From positions 1 through 51,157 of the forward strand of contig JBMFUT010000003.1 in assembly GCA_049966395.1 (NCBI GenBank): DNA of 51,157 bases, in the 5' to 3' direction. The notes beneath the pieces were generated by a model. That model ran no database searches. It was not told the origin of the DNA and saw nothing but the letters and a program-made list of their open reading frames with translations. The stretch is from Candidatus Micrarchaeia archaeon. Its GTDB lineage: Archaea > Micrarchaeota > Micrarchaeia > Micrarchaeales > CABMGC01. Positions 27,774 to 36,960 of this stretch are shown one piece after another (within the stretch, counting starts at the first letter, position 1; the number at the start of each line of letters is the position of its first letter). Made by a program: the position numbers and the translations under genes.

Positions 27774-30395
27774 CTATTGCGTGTTAGCAAGACCAAGAGC
27801 CTGCCATTCGTTTGCCGTGCCCGTAATCGCAGAAAGGCCTACAGATGGGTATGCTCCTGAAAAGTAAGGGTATGTCATGCTGTATGCAGTCCCGTTGTTG
27901 CCGTTGCCGCTGTAGTCATTAGAGTTGCCGTCCAATGGCCACCATGCTACCAGATCTGCATTAGGAAGCGGGACGCCATTTATGCCCTCTTTGTAAAGTT
28001 GTCTTATTTGACTGCCAGATAGGGATGTGTTATAGATTTGCACATTGGAAAGATTGCCATTCAGGTCATAGTTTGTGCACCCGCCTACTAGTTCTCCTAT
28101 GTAACCATAGCCGCCAGAATGCGCAGTCAGGGTGTTGCCTACCGGGACGCTGCCCTTGAAATCGCCGTCTGTATATATGCCTGCATTGGTGATATTGAAT
28201 GTTCCAGCAACGAAAACCCACTGGTTTGTTGGTAGAGGCGCATCGCCTCCAGTGTCTACAAAGCCGGTGCTTGTAGTGACTCTCATCTTTACATAGCCGC
28301 CCTCTATGAACAGCTCGTATTGAGCGTTGCAACCGTCTTGCTCGTATATGGCTGCGGTCGAATTAGAATGGGCATTGACCCATGCCGTCACAGTCAAGGA
28401 CTTGAATATGTTTAGCAGCTGGGAATTTCCAACATTTACATAGCTGTTCTGGTTGCCATTGAAATTTGCAGTCTGGAATAAAGCATTGGTAAGCTCAAGA
28501 GGCATCCTGCCTAGGTAGAGCTTTGGAGAAGAGCTGCTGCACTGCGAAGGCGTATCGCACGCGAGTACTCCTGGTATAGGCGAGACTTTTGTCGGGAGGG
28601 GTGCATAGAAGATGCTGTCCCTGCTGTAGTTTTGCAGCGCCAAGAATTGAACGCTGTTCAAGGCACCGTTGTTGTTGAATCCGCTGTAGTCGTTTGCGTT
28701 GCCATTGAGTGGCCACCAGCCTACAAGGCCGGAATTGCTTATCGGAGGAGCAGATATTCCTTCGTAGTAAAGCTGGGATACCTCTTGAGGAGTAAGCGTG
28801 GTGTTGTATATCTGCACGTTCGCTATGCTGCCAGTGAAATTGGCGCCGCTATTGCCTCCTCCAATGTTTGCTATTGTACCGACGCCTGTCTGAACGTTCG
28901 GAGTGCCTGTTCCAGAGCCCACATACGGAATTCCGTTTACATACACTATGGTGTTAGTTCCGCTGGCATACGTGAAACCTATAAAGTTCCACTGCCCATT
29001 GTCCACAAGAGGACCGGCGCAACGGTGGTCAGCCCAGCTGTCAGAGCAGGTTTGCCCGCTGTAAATTCCAAGAACCCAGTTTTCTTCGTTTGTTCCATAC
29101 AGACCATAATTAAACACGAATGGGTAATTTGCGTTTTCAGTGGTTTTTACCCAAGCGAAAATGCTTACTGGATGATTACCGCTTGGGAAGTTCGAATCTG
29201 ATATCTTGTTTATTCCAGGGCTAGGATATCCGCTGAAGCTCGCCGCTTGCCTGTTGTAGTTAGAAAAAGTAAATATGCCGTTCTGCGATTGCTTCAGGAG
29301 GCTGGCGCTTGCCCTGTCTAAATAAGAGGGCGCGAAAGGCGATGCGAAGTAATACCCGTTTGCTATTGCATTCCTCAAATTCTCTATGCTTAGAGTATCC
29401 ATGCCGGGGCCATAAAGTAGCACCTTGCTTCCGTTGTACAGGTAGCTGAGAACTCCAGAGCTGCTTGAGTATAAAAGATAGGGCACCGAAGGGGGCGCAT
29501 TTGTGTTGTTTATCTGGTAGGTTATGAGCCCACCGTAATTGTTTGCAGCCTTGCACGTTCCGTTTGTAATGTACTCCGCGTTTGGCGTTACCAGTATCAT
29601 CAAAGAATTGAAAGGAGGATTCTGGAAGCGTACCGGCACGTTGCTCGTAAGGCCGGTGCATGTGACGCCAGATGGCACGTTGATTACAGTTCCGTATATA
29701 AATCCGTTGCCAGCAGTTGCATACACATTGCCAATGATTCCAGTAAGGTTCTGAATTGCGCCAAACCTTATCTCGCGAAGTATGCCTTCCTGCGCATACA
29801 TAAGATCGTAAGTACCGTTAAGGGGCAATGTAGCATTTACAGGTATGCTGTAGCGGTATATACTGCCAGAGGAATTTATCGCTATGTTTTCCGTGTATTC
29901 AACCGAAATAGTATATGGGCTATACTGCATAATTACCGGTTGCGTCTCGTTTATGCCTATGATTTTCGCTCCTCCTACAAAACTGTTTAGAGATTTGTTG
30001 TATTTTGCCAGAGTCAAATTGCCCATGTAATTAGCGATTGCATTTGCGGCTGGAGAGCCTATTTGCGTGTATGGCAGTGTTCCGTTCTTAATCAGCTGGC
30101 CTGCGTACAAGTCAAGATTAGTTATAAAGTTGTCCTTCCTCAGAGACGCATTGTATTCATATGCTGTCAGTGTTCGCAGTGCAGCGCTCAGGCTTGACTG
30201 AGCGAAGCTGTCAGCGCCAAGTCTGAGAAGGTTGCCGTAGTTGCTCGAGCTTGCAGACATCGATACCTGCTGCTCTATGTTGTTATAGCCTATGTTCAAT
30301 ATCACAAATGTCATGAGCTCGGCAAGCATTAGCATGAATAGCACTAGCATCAGTATTGTCATTACCAATCCTTTCCTGCTGCTATTTAGCGCCAT
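27774..30395 (-). CDS. Pilin-like N-terminal helix protein with 2 LamG (Laminin_G_3/ConA-like) modules and a C-terminal orphan WWPL segment
   Basis: N-terminus MALNSSRKG|LVMTILMLVLFMLML. LamG end motifs IANVQIYNTTLTPQEVSQLYYEG and LSNVQIYNTSLSGSQIRQLYKEG. LamG start motifs GWWPLNGNANDYSGFNNNG and AWWPLDGNSNDYSGNGNNG. 10-nt overlap with the upstream gene. Confidence 0.8.
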   Translation of the reverse strand: MALNSSRKGLVMTILMLVLFMLMLAELMTFVILNIGYNNIEQQVSMSASSSNYGNLLRLGADSFAQSSLSAALRTLTAYEYNASLRKDNFITNLDLYAGQLIKNGTLPYTQIGSPAANAIANYMGNLTLAKYNKSLNSFVGGAKIIGINETQPVIMQYSPYTISVEYTENIAINSSGSIYRYSIPVNATLPLNGTYDLMYAQEGILREIRFGAIQNLTGIIGNVYATAGNGFIYGTVINVPSGVTCTGLTSNVPVRFQNPPFNSLMILVTPNAEYITNGTCKAANNYGGLITYQINNTNAPPSVPYLLYSSSSGVLSYLYNGSKVLLYGPGMDTLSIENLRNAIANGYYFASPFAPSYLDRASASLLKQSQNGIFTFSNYNRQAASFSGYPSPGINKISDSNFPSGNHPVSIFAWVKTTENANYPFVFNYGLYGTNEENWVLGIYSGQTCSDSWADHRCAGPLVDNGQWNFIGFTYASGTNTIVYVNGIPYVGSGTGTPNVQTGVGTIANIGGGNSGANFTGSIANVQIYNTTLTPQEVSQLYYEGISAPPISNSGLVGWWPLNGNANDYSGFNNNGALNSVQFLALQNYSRDSIFYAPLPTKVSPIPGVLACDTPSQCSSSSPKLYLGRMPLELTNALFQTANFNGNQNSYVNVGNSQLLNIFKSLTVTAWVNAHSNSTAAIYEQDGCNAQYELFIEGGYVKMRVTTSTGFVDTGGDAPLPTNQWVFVAGTFNITNAGIYTDGDFKGSVPVGNTLTAHSGGYGYIGELVGGCTNYDLNGNLSNVQIYNTSLSGSQIRQLYKEGINGVPLPNADLVAWWPLDGNSNDYSGNGNNGTAYSMTYPYFSGAYPSVGLSAITGTANEWQALGLANTQ
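27892..27947. repeat. 56-nt LamG-start repeat, copy 1
   Basis: ccgttgttgccgttgccgctgtagtcattagagttgccgtccaatggccaccatgc. The first 43 nt are identical to copy 3 (34414-34456). Confidence 0.9.
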
Positions 30396-32566
30396 GCATA
30401 TACACCCACATTGTAAAGATTTGAAATTCCGCTGGTACTGTTGGTAAGCCCAATTGGCATTGATGCTTTTGCAACTTCGAAAGCGTTTGCCATGCCGCTT
30501 GGGATGTATCCAGCGCCCTGGTAGTTTATGTTAAGAGAATAGCCGGTGTCAGGGATAACGCCGTATTGATTATAGTCGTTAGTGTCGCCTTCTAGGGGCC
30601 ACCATGCCGTAGCGCCGTATACGATCGGCTGCGCTGCCATACCGCTAAGGTATACTCCCGCAGCCTGCGAAGCCGAAAGGGATTTGTTGTATATCTGCAC
30701 GCCGGCTATCATGCCTTTGAAGTACCCAGAAGGATATGCTGGAGAATTGCCAAGGCTGATTGCACCAGGGTAGTGCGCAATTGAAGTGCTCTTTGCAAAC
30801 GACACTAGGTTGCCGTTGACATAAATCGAAAGCTGGGATTGACCGTGCACAATAGAGGCATAGGTTACAATAATATTGGTCCAATTGTCCAATGACACTG
30901 GCGCATAGACGGTATAGCCTGCAGCACCGTTGTTTATTGTAAATTCTATCCTGTATGGTGCGGAAGCATTTGAAGTTTCCATCATTATCGGGCTTCCTGC
31001 ATTCGTCGTGTTCTCGCCCATTATCACCGTGTTTGCTGACCACGAGCTAGCGTTAATCCAAAGAGACCAGGTGTAGTAGTAACTCATCAGGTTTTGATAG
31101 CTTCCGAGCAGCACTTTGCTGCTAGCGCCATTGAAAGCTGCTATGCGCATGCCTGGCGCATAGTTGTTGTTCAAGAATATGCTGTAGTTAGACATTGGGT
31201 AAAGTCTGTTAGCAAGCGCGGTTGCGCAGCTGCCTTCACCATTGAGGTACATTGATGCCACTGCACCTAGCATAGTGCCGTTAGCCGCATTGCAGGCGCC
31301 GAATGCAATGACATAGTCGCCTATTCCGACATAGAGCCTCCCGTAAGCAAGCGTCATATACGGAAGAATCTGGCTGCCGTAAAGTTGCAAAGGAAGCTGC
31401 TCCGCCCACGCGATGTTGCCATTGGTCATGTTTTGTGCCACAAGATAGCCGTTTGACCACAGTGTATACATTAGTTTGTTAGATATTACAGGATATGATC
31501 CTGGAACTGCGCTGCCAACATATTGCGGCATTGGACCGGCTCCGGATGGCCAAAGCGTTGATCCAGAAGGTGAAAGCAGCCCGTCTGTAGTAGCACCCTG
31601 GAAGGCAATATAGCCGTCGTAAGCGCTCGCGCCATAAACCTGTGATCCGGCAGGATAGGAGAATACAGAAGAATCGCCAACATTTGTGGCGTTAACGCTT
31701 GAGCCTGCACCCATGATTATCATGTTGTTGTATGTCGTCAGGTTGCTTGTAGAGACAGGATAAGAATAGTACCACATCTGCTTTGCAGAGCCTCCCTCGT
31801 TCACTATGAGCATCTTGACGTTGGAAGAGGATCTTGTGGCTATCGAGCCTGAAACTGCGGATATTGAAGTTGGGCTATAGCCTGTGTTGTTGTACCATGC
31901 TACGGTGCCGTTGTTAGCGAAAAAGGCGTAAATATAATTGTTCGCGGCGCCGAAAAGCACCTTGTTGTTGTAAACCTTTATTGGTGATGTGAGATAGCCT
32001 ATCGAAGTGATGGCGTTTGTGCTCCATACCAGCATGCCATTGTTTGCGTTTAGTGCAGTCATGTTTGAGGAGTTTGCAAATATGAGCATGTTGTTGTAGA
32101 GCGCGGGGGTCTTAGAAACTGCGGTCTGTACGTTCTTGCTCCATCTTAGAGCTCCGGTGCTCGCGTTTATGGCATATATTACATTGCCGGCTGCAAAATA
32201 TATGTTACCGTAGTCTGCCACAATTCCCGTAGTGGGCGGCGATGCCGACTTGAATACGAAAGATATGTACGGCAGGAGCGGGCCGTGTGGATTGCCAGCG
32301 TTGTTCATGGCGTTGTTCATGAACTGAGGCCACGTTTCGTTTGAAGCAGATGACTGGTATGCAGCCGCATATGCCACCTGGCTATTGCCGGCTATGCTCC
32401 ATACACTTGAAGAGTCCAACTCATTCATTATCGAAGAGGCTTCTGAGTATCTTATGACATAAGGCGTCGAGGGCAAATAGTAGAAGTATAGCAGTATGGA
32501 AAGGCTTGCTGTCGCTATTATCAATGCGAAGACAGCGTCCACTGTGAATACTATGCCCTTCATCAT
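30386..32566 (-). CDS. Pilin-like N-terminal helix protein with PQQ-like beta-propeller and one LamG module
   Basis: N-terminus MMKG|IVFTVDAVFALIIATASLSILL. Repeats of the type IYAINASTGALRWSKN, MTALNANNGMLVWSTN and IYAFFANNGTVAWYNN. LamG end IAGVQIYNKSLSASQAAGVYLSG followed by AWWPLEGDTNDY. ATGA overlap with the upstream gene. Confidence 0.8.
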   Translation of the reverse strand: MMKGIVFTVDAVFALIIATASLSILLYFYYLPSTPYVIRYSEASSIMNELDSSSVWSIAGNSQVAYAAAYQSSASNETWPQFMNNAMNNAGNPHGPLLPYISFVFKSASPPTTGIVADYGNIYFAAGNVIYAINASTGALRWSKNVQTAVSKTPALYNNMLIFANSSNMTALNANNGMLVWSTNAITSIGYLTSPIKVYNNKVLFGAANNYIYAFFANNGTVAWYNNTGYSPTSISAVSGSIATRSSSNVKMLIVNEGGSAKQMWYYSYPVSTSNLTTYNNMIIMGAGSSVNATNVGDSSVFSYPAGSQVYGASAYDGYIAFQGATTDGLLSPSGSTLWPSGAGPMPQYVGSAVPGSYPVISNKLMYTLWSNGYLVAQNMTNGNIAWAEQLPLQLYGSQILPYMTLAYGRLYVGIGDYVIAFGACNAANGTMLGAVASMYLNGEGSCATALANRLYPMSNYSIFLNNNYAPGMRIAAFNGASSKVLLGSYQNLMSYYYTWSLWINASSWSANTVIMGENTTNAGSPIMMETSNASAPYRIEFTINNGAAGYTVYAPVSLDNWTNIIVTYASIVHGQSQLSIYVNGNLVSFAKSTSIAHYPGAISLGNSPAYPSGYFKGMIAGVQIYNKSLSASQAAGVYLSGMAAQPIVYGATAWWPLEGDTNDYNQYGVIPDTGYSLNINYQGAGYIPSGMANAFEVAKASMPIGLTNSTSGISNLYNVGVYAWR

Positions 32567-33093
32567 CCCACACCGAAGCTCGTATTAGTCCATACGTATA
32601 TCTTGACCTGGACCGGCATGCCATTGAGGATTGCGCCCTTTGTAGCAACCTGCACGGAAGTCGCACCCATTGGAGCAGGATTCAATCCTATCGGTATGTA
32701 TATGCCGCTGCCAGAGATAACCAGATAGTAGTCATAGCTTATGCCAAGCAAGGATTTAGTCGCCTGGTAGTTGTAGTTTGAAATTGAGACAAGCGCAGCT
32801 ATCTTCTGCGGCGAGAGAATGCTGCCTGTTCCTGCGCCTATGCCAACGCTTATGTTCTGCCATGTCGCGGTGTTGTTTGCCGCTATAATATCGTTCCAAT
32901 CCGAGGGATTTCCAGTCGAAAGCAGATTGTTTTGTAGACTTGACAGTTCAGCCTGCATGCTCTCCATGCCGTAGCCGTATGCAAGCGAGAACTGGTTGTT
33001 TATGTTGAACCACACATAGCCTATTATGAGTATTGCAAAAGAAAATATTACCATAGCGAATATCACGTCAAAAGACCAGAACTGCAACTTCAT
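32563..33093 (-). CDS. Small pilin-like protein
   Basis: MKLQFWSFDVIFAMVIFSFAILIIGYVWF followed by a ~140-aa beta-rich domain. ATG 33093 overlaps the upstream stop (ATGA); ORF-track TTG 33102 is an alternative start. Confidence 0.7.
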   Translation of the reverse strand: MKLQFWSFDVIFAMVIFSFAILIIGYVWFNINNQFSLAYGYGMESMQAELSSLQNNLLSTGNPSDWNDIIAANNTATWQNISVGIGAGTGSILSPQKIAALVSISNYNYQATKSLLGISYDYYLVISGSGIYIPIGLNPAPMGATSVQVATKGAILNGMPVQVKIYVWTNTSFGVG

Positions 33094-36000
33094 GGCGACC
33101 AACTCATTGGAATTGCACGCGGCGCATATGCGGGCATGCCGCTCTGGTAGAGCTGCAATATCTGCTGTGCTGAAAGTGACGTGTTGAATATTTGCACATT
33201 TGCAATAGAGCCATTGAAGAAATAAGTACCAGTATTGCCATCGAGAGCATCACCTATGTAGCCAACCTCGTCGTAGTTGCTAAGGTAGTTTCCGGCAGGC
33301 ACAATTGCCGATGAATAATACTGGCCGTCGACGTAAAGCGAAAGCACTTTGGTAGCGTTGTTGTAGTCTCCGGTGAGCATGTACCACGTGTTGGGCTGAA
33401 GATGTGCCGAACCAGGTGCAATGCCGCCTCCGGTTGTAGGGCATCCGGGAGGATTGCTCGGATTTGACGTGTACCATTCAAAAAAGGTTATTAGATTGGG
33501 AGAGCTTAGCATGAAGCCTGTATGACATCCTGGCCAGCCTACAGGAAACGGATTTTGGCCGAAATACTGCGAGCCACCGTGCCAGTTGAGCCACGTATTT
33601 ACTGTGAAAGAACTATGCCCGTTGAGCGCCTGCAATGGAGGCAGTTGAATGCTTCCGCCGTGCCCATTAAATGTCACTCCATAGCCTTCAATGGAGCTTA
33701 CAAGCGCAAATCTATTTGGCTGCTGCGCGTTATAAATTATGTTTGACGGCGCACCGTTGTTGCCATTGCCGCTGTAGTCATTAGAGTTGCCTTCTAGAGG
33801 CCACCACGCAATCATTTTCTGGCCTGAAATTGGTATTCCGGATATTCCCTCTCCGTAGAGCTGCGAAACTTGGGAAGGGGTAAGTGTCTGGTTGTAGAGC
33901 TGTATATTCGCAATGCCTCCTGCAAACGGAGAAATTCCTGCCGCTGACTGGCCTATAGCAAGCGCATTCAGCGAATACGGACCAGTTGGTATTGTTAAAT
34001 TGTATGGTCCTGCGCCGTTGGCGTAAAGGCTAGCCTTCCCATTTGACACAGAAACTGCAAGCATGTTCCATGAGCTGCCGTTTATCCCGTAACCGTGATA
34101 TAAGTTTGTCCCAAAGCCTATCTCCTCATCACCGCTTCCCACTGGCGCACCGAGGCTGCCTCCATTGTTGAGCCACATCTGGAAATTGTTTGCTCCGATT
34201 GAGTTGAATATTGTATAACCGTTTACGCTTGTCATCTTTGAAGTGCTGGCGCCGTTGACCCACAGTACAGCCGCAAAAGAAGGAGTGTTGAAACTTATTG
34301 GAGTAATTATCATGCTGTTTGCGCCATTGAATTCTGCAGCTAGAATGCTACTTTGATAGCCATCGTAGTTGCCGACGCCTGGCGCCACAAAAGAAGCGCT
34401 ACCATAGAGAGTGCCGTTGTTGCCGTTGCCGCTGTAGTCATTAGAGTTGCCGTCCAGAGGCCACCACGCGACAAGGCCGCTTGAAAACGGTGGAGCGGAC
34501 AATCCTTCCTGGTAGAGTTGCGCGACTTGGGGAGGAGTAAGCACAGTGTTGTATATCTGGACGTTTGCCAGATCACCATTAACATTGCCGTCGTTGTCTT
34601 CCGGCCCGCCAAATGCCACTGGCAACGCTGATTTAGGTATGCTTCCGCTGTAAGAAATGTTGCAATACAGGTTGCCGTTGACATACTCATTGAGCATCAC
34701 TCCGTTGAAAGTAAAACCGACAAGGTACCAGCTGTTAGGGTTTAGCGCAAAAGGATAGCTGCTGCACACTCCGCTTGTCCCCCAAACGTATCCTGCGAAC
34801 TGCCCTTGCGCTGCGCCATTGACGCCGATTTTCATGCCGTACGATCCTTGCTTCTGCAATACGGCAGTCGCCTGGGATGAGGGTTTTACCCATGCAAACG
34901 CGCTCATTGTGCTGCTTGGAGACAGCGAAGGCGAGCTTGCTGCGTAAATGTAGCCTCCGCTCATGCTTGCGACGTAGTTTGGCATTGACCACGCAGTCTG
35001 CACCATGTTTCCATTGTTGCCTCTGCCACTGAGATCGTATGCAATATTTCCGCTTCCAAGGTTAAGAGGCCACCATGCAACAAGATTCTGCTCTGAAGAA
35101 ATATTACCAGAAAATGCTGTTGCTTTTACGGTTGCTGTGCCACTTGAATTGTAATTCAGAAAGGCAACGGCAACTCCGTTTGAATTAGTGTAGTTTACAA
35201 CTGCATTGCCAAATCCGCTTGCGCTCGTAAGCGTTCCAAAAGTAGTAGCAAATCCTACCAGTGCATTAGAAACATACGCACCAAAGGCATTTGTAACTTT
35301 AGCCATCAGCTCTGCCACTGAAGTAAATATGATAGAGCCATAGACAGTACTTCCGCTTACAACGCCACCGTAGTCTTTGGCGTTGCCGTCAAGTGGGAGC
35401 CAATCGAGCAGGCTCGCATTTGAAAGAGGAGGCGCCCCTATGCCTTCGCTGTACAGCTTTTCTATTTCCCCTGCTGAAAGCGAAGAGTTGTAAACTTGCA
35501 CGTTGGCGATTTCTCCTGATATCGGATTGCATCCGCCCCCAGAAGTGACAGGAGTTGCACCACTTACCGCTACTCCGTCGTAAGATATAGGCACATTTGC
35601 ACTCACAGGCGCGCCGATCTGCTGGCCGTTGAGCCATACTGAAAGGTATGTGCCATTATACCTTCCAACCAAGTATTGCCAGGTATTAGGGCGCAAATGC
35701 ACACCTGGAAAATCCCTGTATTGCGTACCTCCAGTAGTAGTAACACTCCACGATTCTGTTGGAGGGTTCGCACCTGCCTCTATGAAAAAGTAGTAGTTAT
35801 TCCAGCATCCCGCACTTCCGCTCACCGCATTTTCCCAGTAGTTGCCAGGATTGCCCCAGTAGCCGTTGTTAACAGGAAATAACCAGAAGCCTACTGTTAT
35901 CGCATTGGTAGATTGAGCAGTTGCAGGCGCTCTTATATACCCTGCAGGGCTCTGGGAAAAGCTTGCTGCATAGACGTTCTCAGAGCTCAGATTTATGCTG

Positions 36001-36485
36001 CTTGCAGTATTGATATAGCTCCTTTGGCAGTTGTAATCAACGCACACCTCGCCATAGTAGCTCTGTATGCTTATTGTGCCGTTCTGCAGAGGCAGCTGGT
36101 AGGAAGTAGCGGATTTTGCAAAACTCTGAGACGAGACCACAGACTTTGCTGCAGAGTATGCCCTCGCCTGGACAAGCTGCTCTCCCACGCGCATGCTCGC
36201 CACAACAATTCCGCTCTTAGTGACGGTTAAATTATAAGGTAGCATGCCTATTGTGCTGGATATCGGGAGCTGCACTGTATAGCCGTTGCCAGCAGTGGCG
36301 GCATTGCTCATTGCCATCGCCACGCTTTGAGCGACAAGCTGCAACTGCGAAAATGACTGGTAGCTCATGCCCAACGATCTCTGGCTGGTTATAAGGGCGA
36401 AGATAAAGATAAATACAAGAAGCACGAACGAGAACACTAGCAGGAACTCGAGTGCAATCTGCGCTCTTGGCGTGGTCAGCTTCAT
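33090..36485 (-). CDS. Giant modular pilin-like protein with 4 LamG modules and one Ig-like module
   Basis: N-terminus MKLTTPRAQ|IALEFLLVFSFVLLVFIFIFALI. Four module ends: IANVQVYNSSLSAGEIEKLYSEG, LANVQIYNTVLTPPQVAQLYQEG, IANIQLYNQTLTPSQVSQLYGEG and IANVQIFNTSLSAQQILQLYQSG. WWPL-type motifs occur four times. 1131 aa. Confidence 0.85.
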   Translation of the reverse strand: MKLTTPRAQIALEFLLVFSFVLLVFIFIFALITSQRSLGMSYQSFSQLQLVAQSVAMAMSNAATAGNGYTVQLPISSTIGMLPYNLTVTKSGIVVASMRVGEQLVQARAYSAAKSVVSSQSFAKSATSYQLPLQNGTISIQSYYGEVCVDYNCQRSYINTASSINLSSENVYAASFSQSPAGYIRAPATAQSTNAITVGFWLFPVNNGYWGNPGNYWENAVSGSAGCWNNYYFFIEAGANPPTESWSVTTTGGTQYRDFPGVHLRPNTWQYLVGRYNGTYLSVWLNGQQIGAPVSANVPISYDGVAVSGATPVTSGGGCNPISGEIANVQVYNSSLSAGEIEKLYSEGIGAPPLSNASLLDWLPLDGNAKDYGGVVSGSTVYGSIIFTSVAELMAKVTNAFGAYVSNALVGFATTFGTLTSASGFGNAVVNYTNSNGVAVAFLNYNSSGTATVKATAFSGNISSEQNLVAWWPLNLGSGNIAYDLSGRGNNGNMVQTAWSMPNYVASMSGGYIYAASSPSLSPSSTMSAFAWVKPSSQATAVLQKQGSYGMKIGVNGAAQGQFAGYVWGTSGVCSSYPFALNPNSWYLVGFTFNGVMLNEYVNGNLYCNISYSGSIPKSALPVAFGGPEDNDGNVNGDLANVQIYNTVLTPPQVAQLYQEGLSAPPFSSGLVAWWPLDGNSNDYSGNGNNGTLYGSASFVAPGVGNYDGYQSSILAAEFNGANSMIITPISFNTPSFAAVLWVNGASTSKMTSVNGYTIFNSIGANNFQMWLNNGGSLGAPVGSGDEEIGFGTNLYHGYGINGSSWNMLAVSVSNGKASLYANGAGPYNLTIPTGPYSLNALAIGQSAAGISPFAGGIANIQLYNQTLTPSQVSQLYGEGISGIPISGQKMIAWWPLEGNSNDYSGNGNNGAPSNIIYNAQQPNRFALVSSIEGYGVTFNGHGGSIQLPPLQALNGHSSFTVNTWLNWHGGSQYFGQNPFPVGWPGCHTGFMLSSPNLITFFEWYTSNPSNPPGCPTTGGGIAPGSAHLQPNTWYMLTGDYNNATKVLSLYVDGQYYSSAIVPAGNYLSNYDEVGYIGDALDGNTGTYFFNGSIANVQIFNTSLSAQQILQLYQSGMPAYAPRAIPMSWSP
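33755..33810. repeat. 56-nt LamG-start repeat, copy 2
   Basis: ccgttgttgccattgccgctgtagtcattagagttgccttctagaggccaccacgc. Three mismatches to copy 3. Confidence 0.9.
34414..34469. repeat. 56-nt LamG-start repeat, copy 3
   Basis: ccgttgttgccgttgccgctgtagtcattagagttgccgtccagaggccaccacgc. Encodes (antisense) WWPLDGNSNDYSGNGNNG. Confidence 0.9.
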
Positions 36486-36489
36486 GATA

Positions 36490-36960
36490 TCATATCGGGG
36501 ATATGTACACGCAAGGCAAAGGCTGCTGGTCAGGGCATGATGATGTGGCAGTGACGTTTATCAGGTATGTGCCAGTAGAAGTTATGCCTCCAAGGTTGCC
36601 GCTAACGTTCACAGGAGTGTAAGACGTGACGTAGTCGTAACCTGAAGGAGATCTTATTACAAATATTATTTCGTGGCCGATGTTGCCCTGCTGCGTACCC
36701 ACGTATATGAACTGCACTCCAGGCGGCATTTGTATCTGCACTAGCTGCTTTGCAGGAGGCCCTTCGCTTCCTACAAGCGTGGCTATGCTAGCAAGTTTCG
36801 ATGCTGCCTGCTGGGACTCTATGCCTGCCATTGATGAACTTGCAGAAGCAACCTGGAGAAACGCAAGTACAACTATAGGCAGCAGGATAGCAAGGCCTAG
36901 CGACAGTGTTATGAGTAGCTCGAAGCTGGATTGCGCCTTGAAAGAACCGGCTTTAGTCAT
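36490..36960 (-). CDS. Pilin-like protein with class III (Epd/DUF361-like) signal peptide
   Basis: MTKAGSFKAQ|SSFELLITLSLGLAILLPIVVLAF followed by a ~120-aa globular part. ATG 36960 overlaps the CBS gene end; ORF-track start 36972 is an alternative. Confidence 0.75.
   Translation of the reverse strand: MTKAGSFKAQSSFELLITLSLGLAILLPIVVLAFLQVASASSSMAGIESQQAASKLASIATLVGSEGPPAKQLVQIQMPPGVQFIYVGTQQGNIGHEIIFVIRSPSGYDYVTSYTPVNVSGNLGGITSTGTYLINVTATSSCPDQQPLPCVYISPI

Noticed and set aside
27892-34469. Repeated ~56-nt units considered as a possible CRISPR or other intergenic repeat array.
   Set aside because: All copies lie inside long ORFs, in frame, and encode the same LamG start peptide. Spacing is irregular (about 0.6-6 kb) and no cas genes are present. 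They are reported as intragenic module repeats instead.
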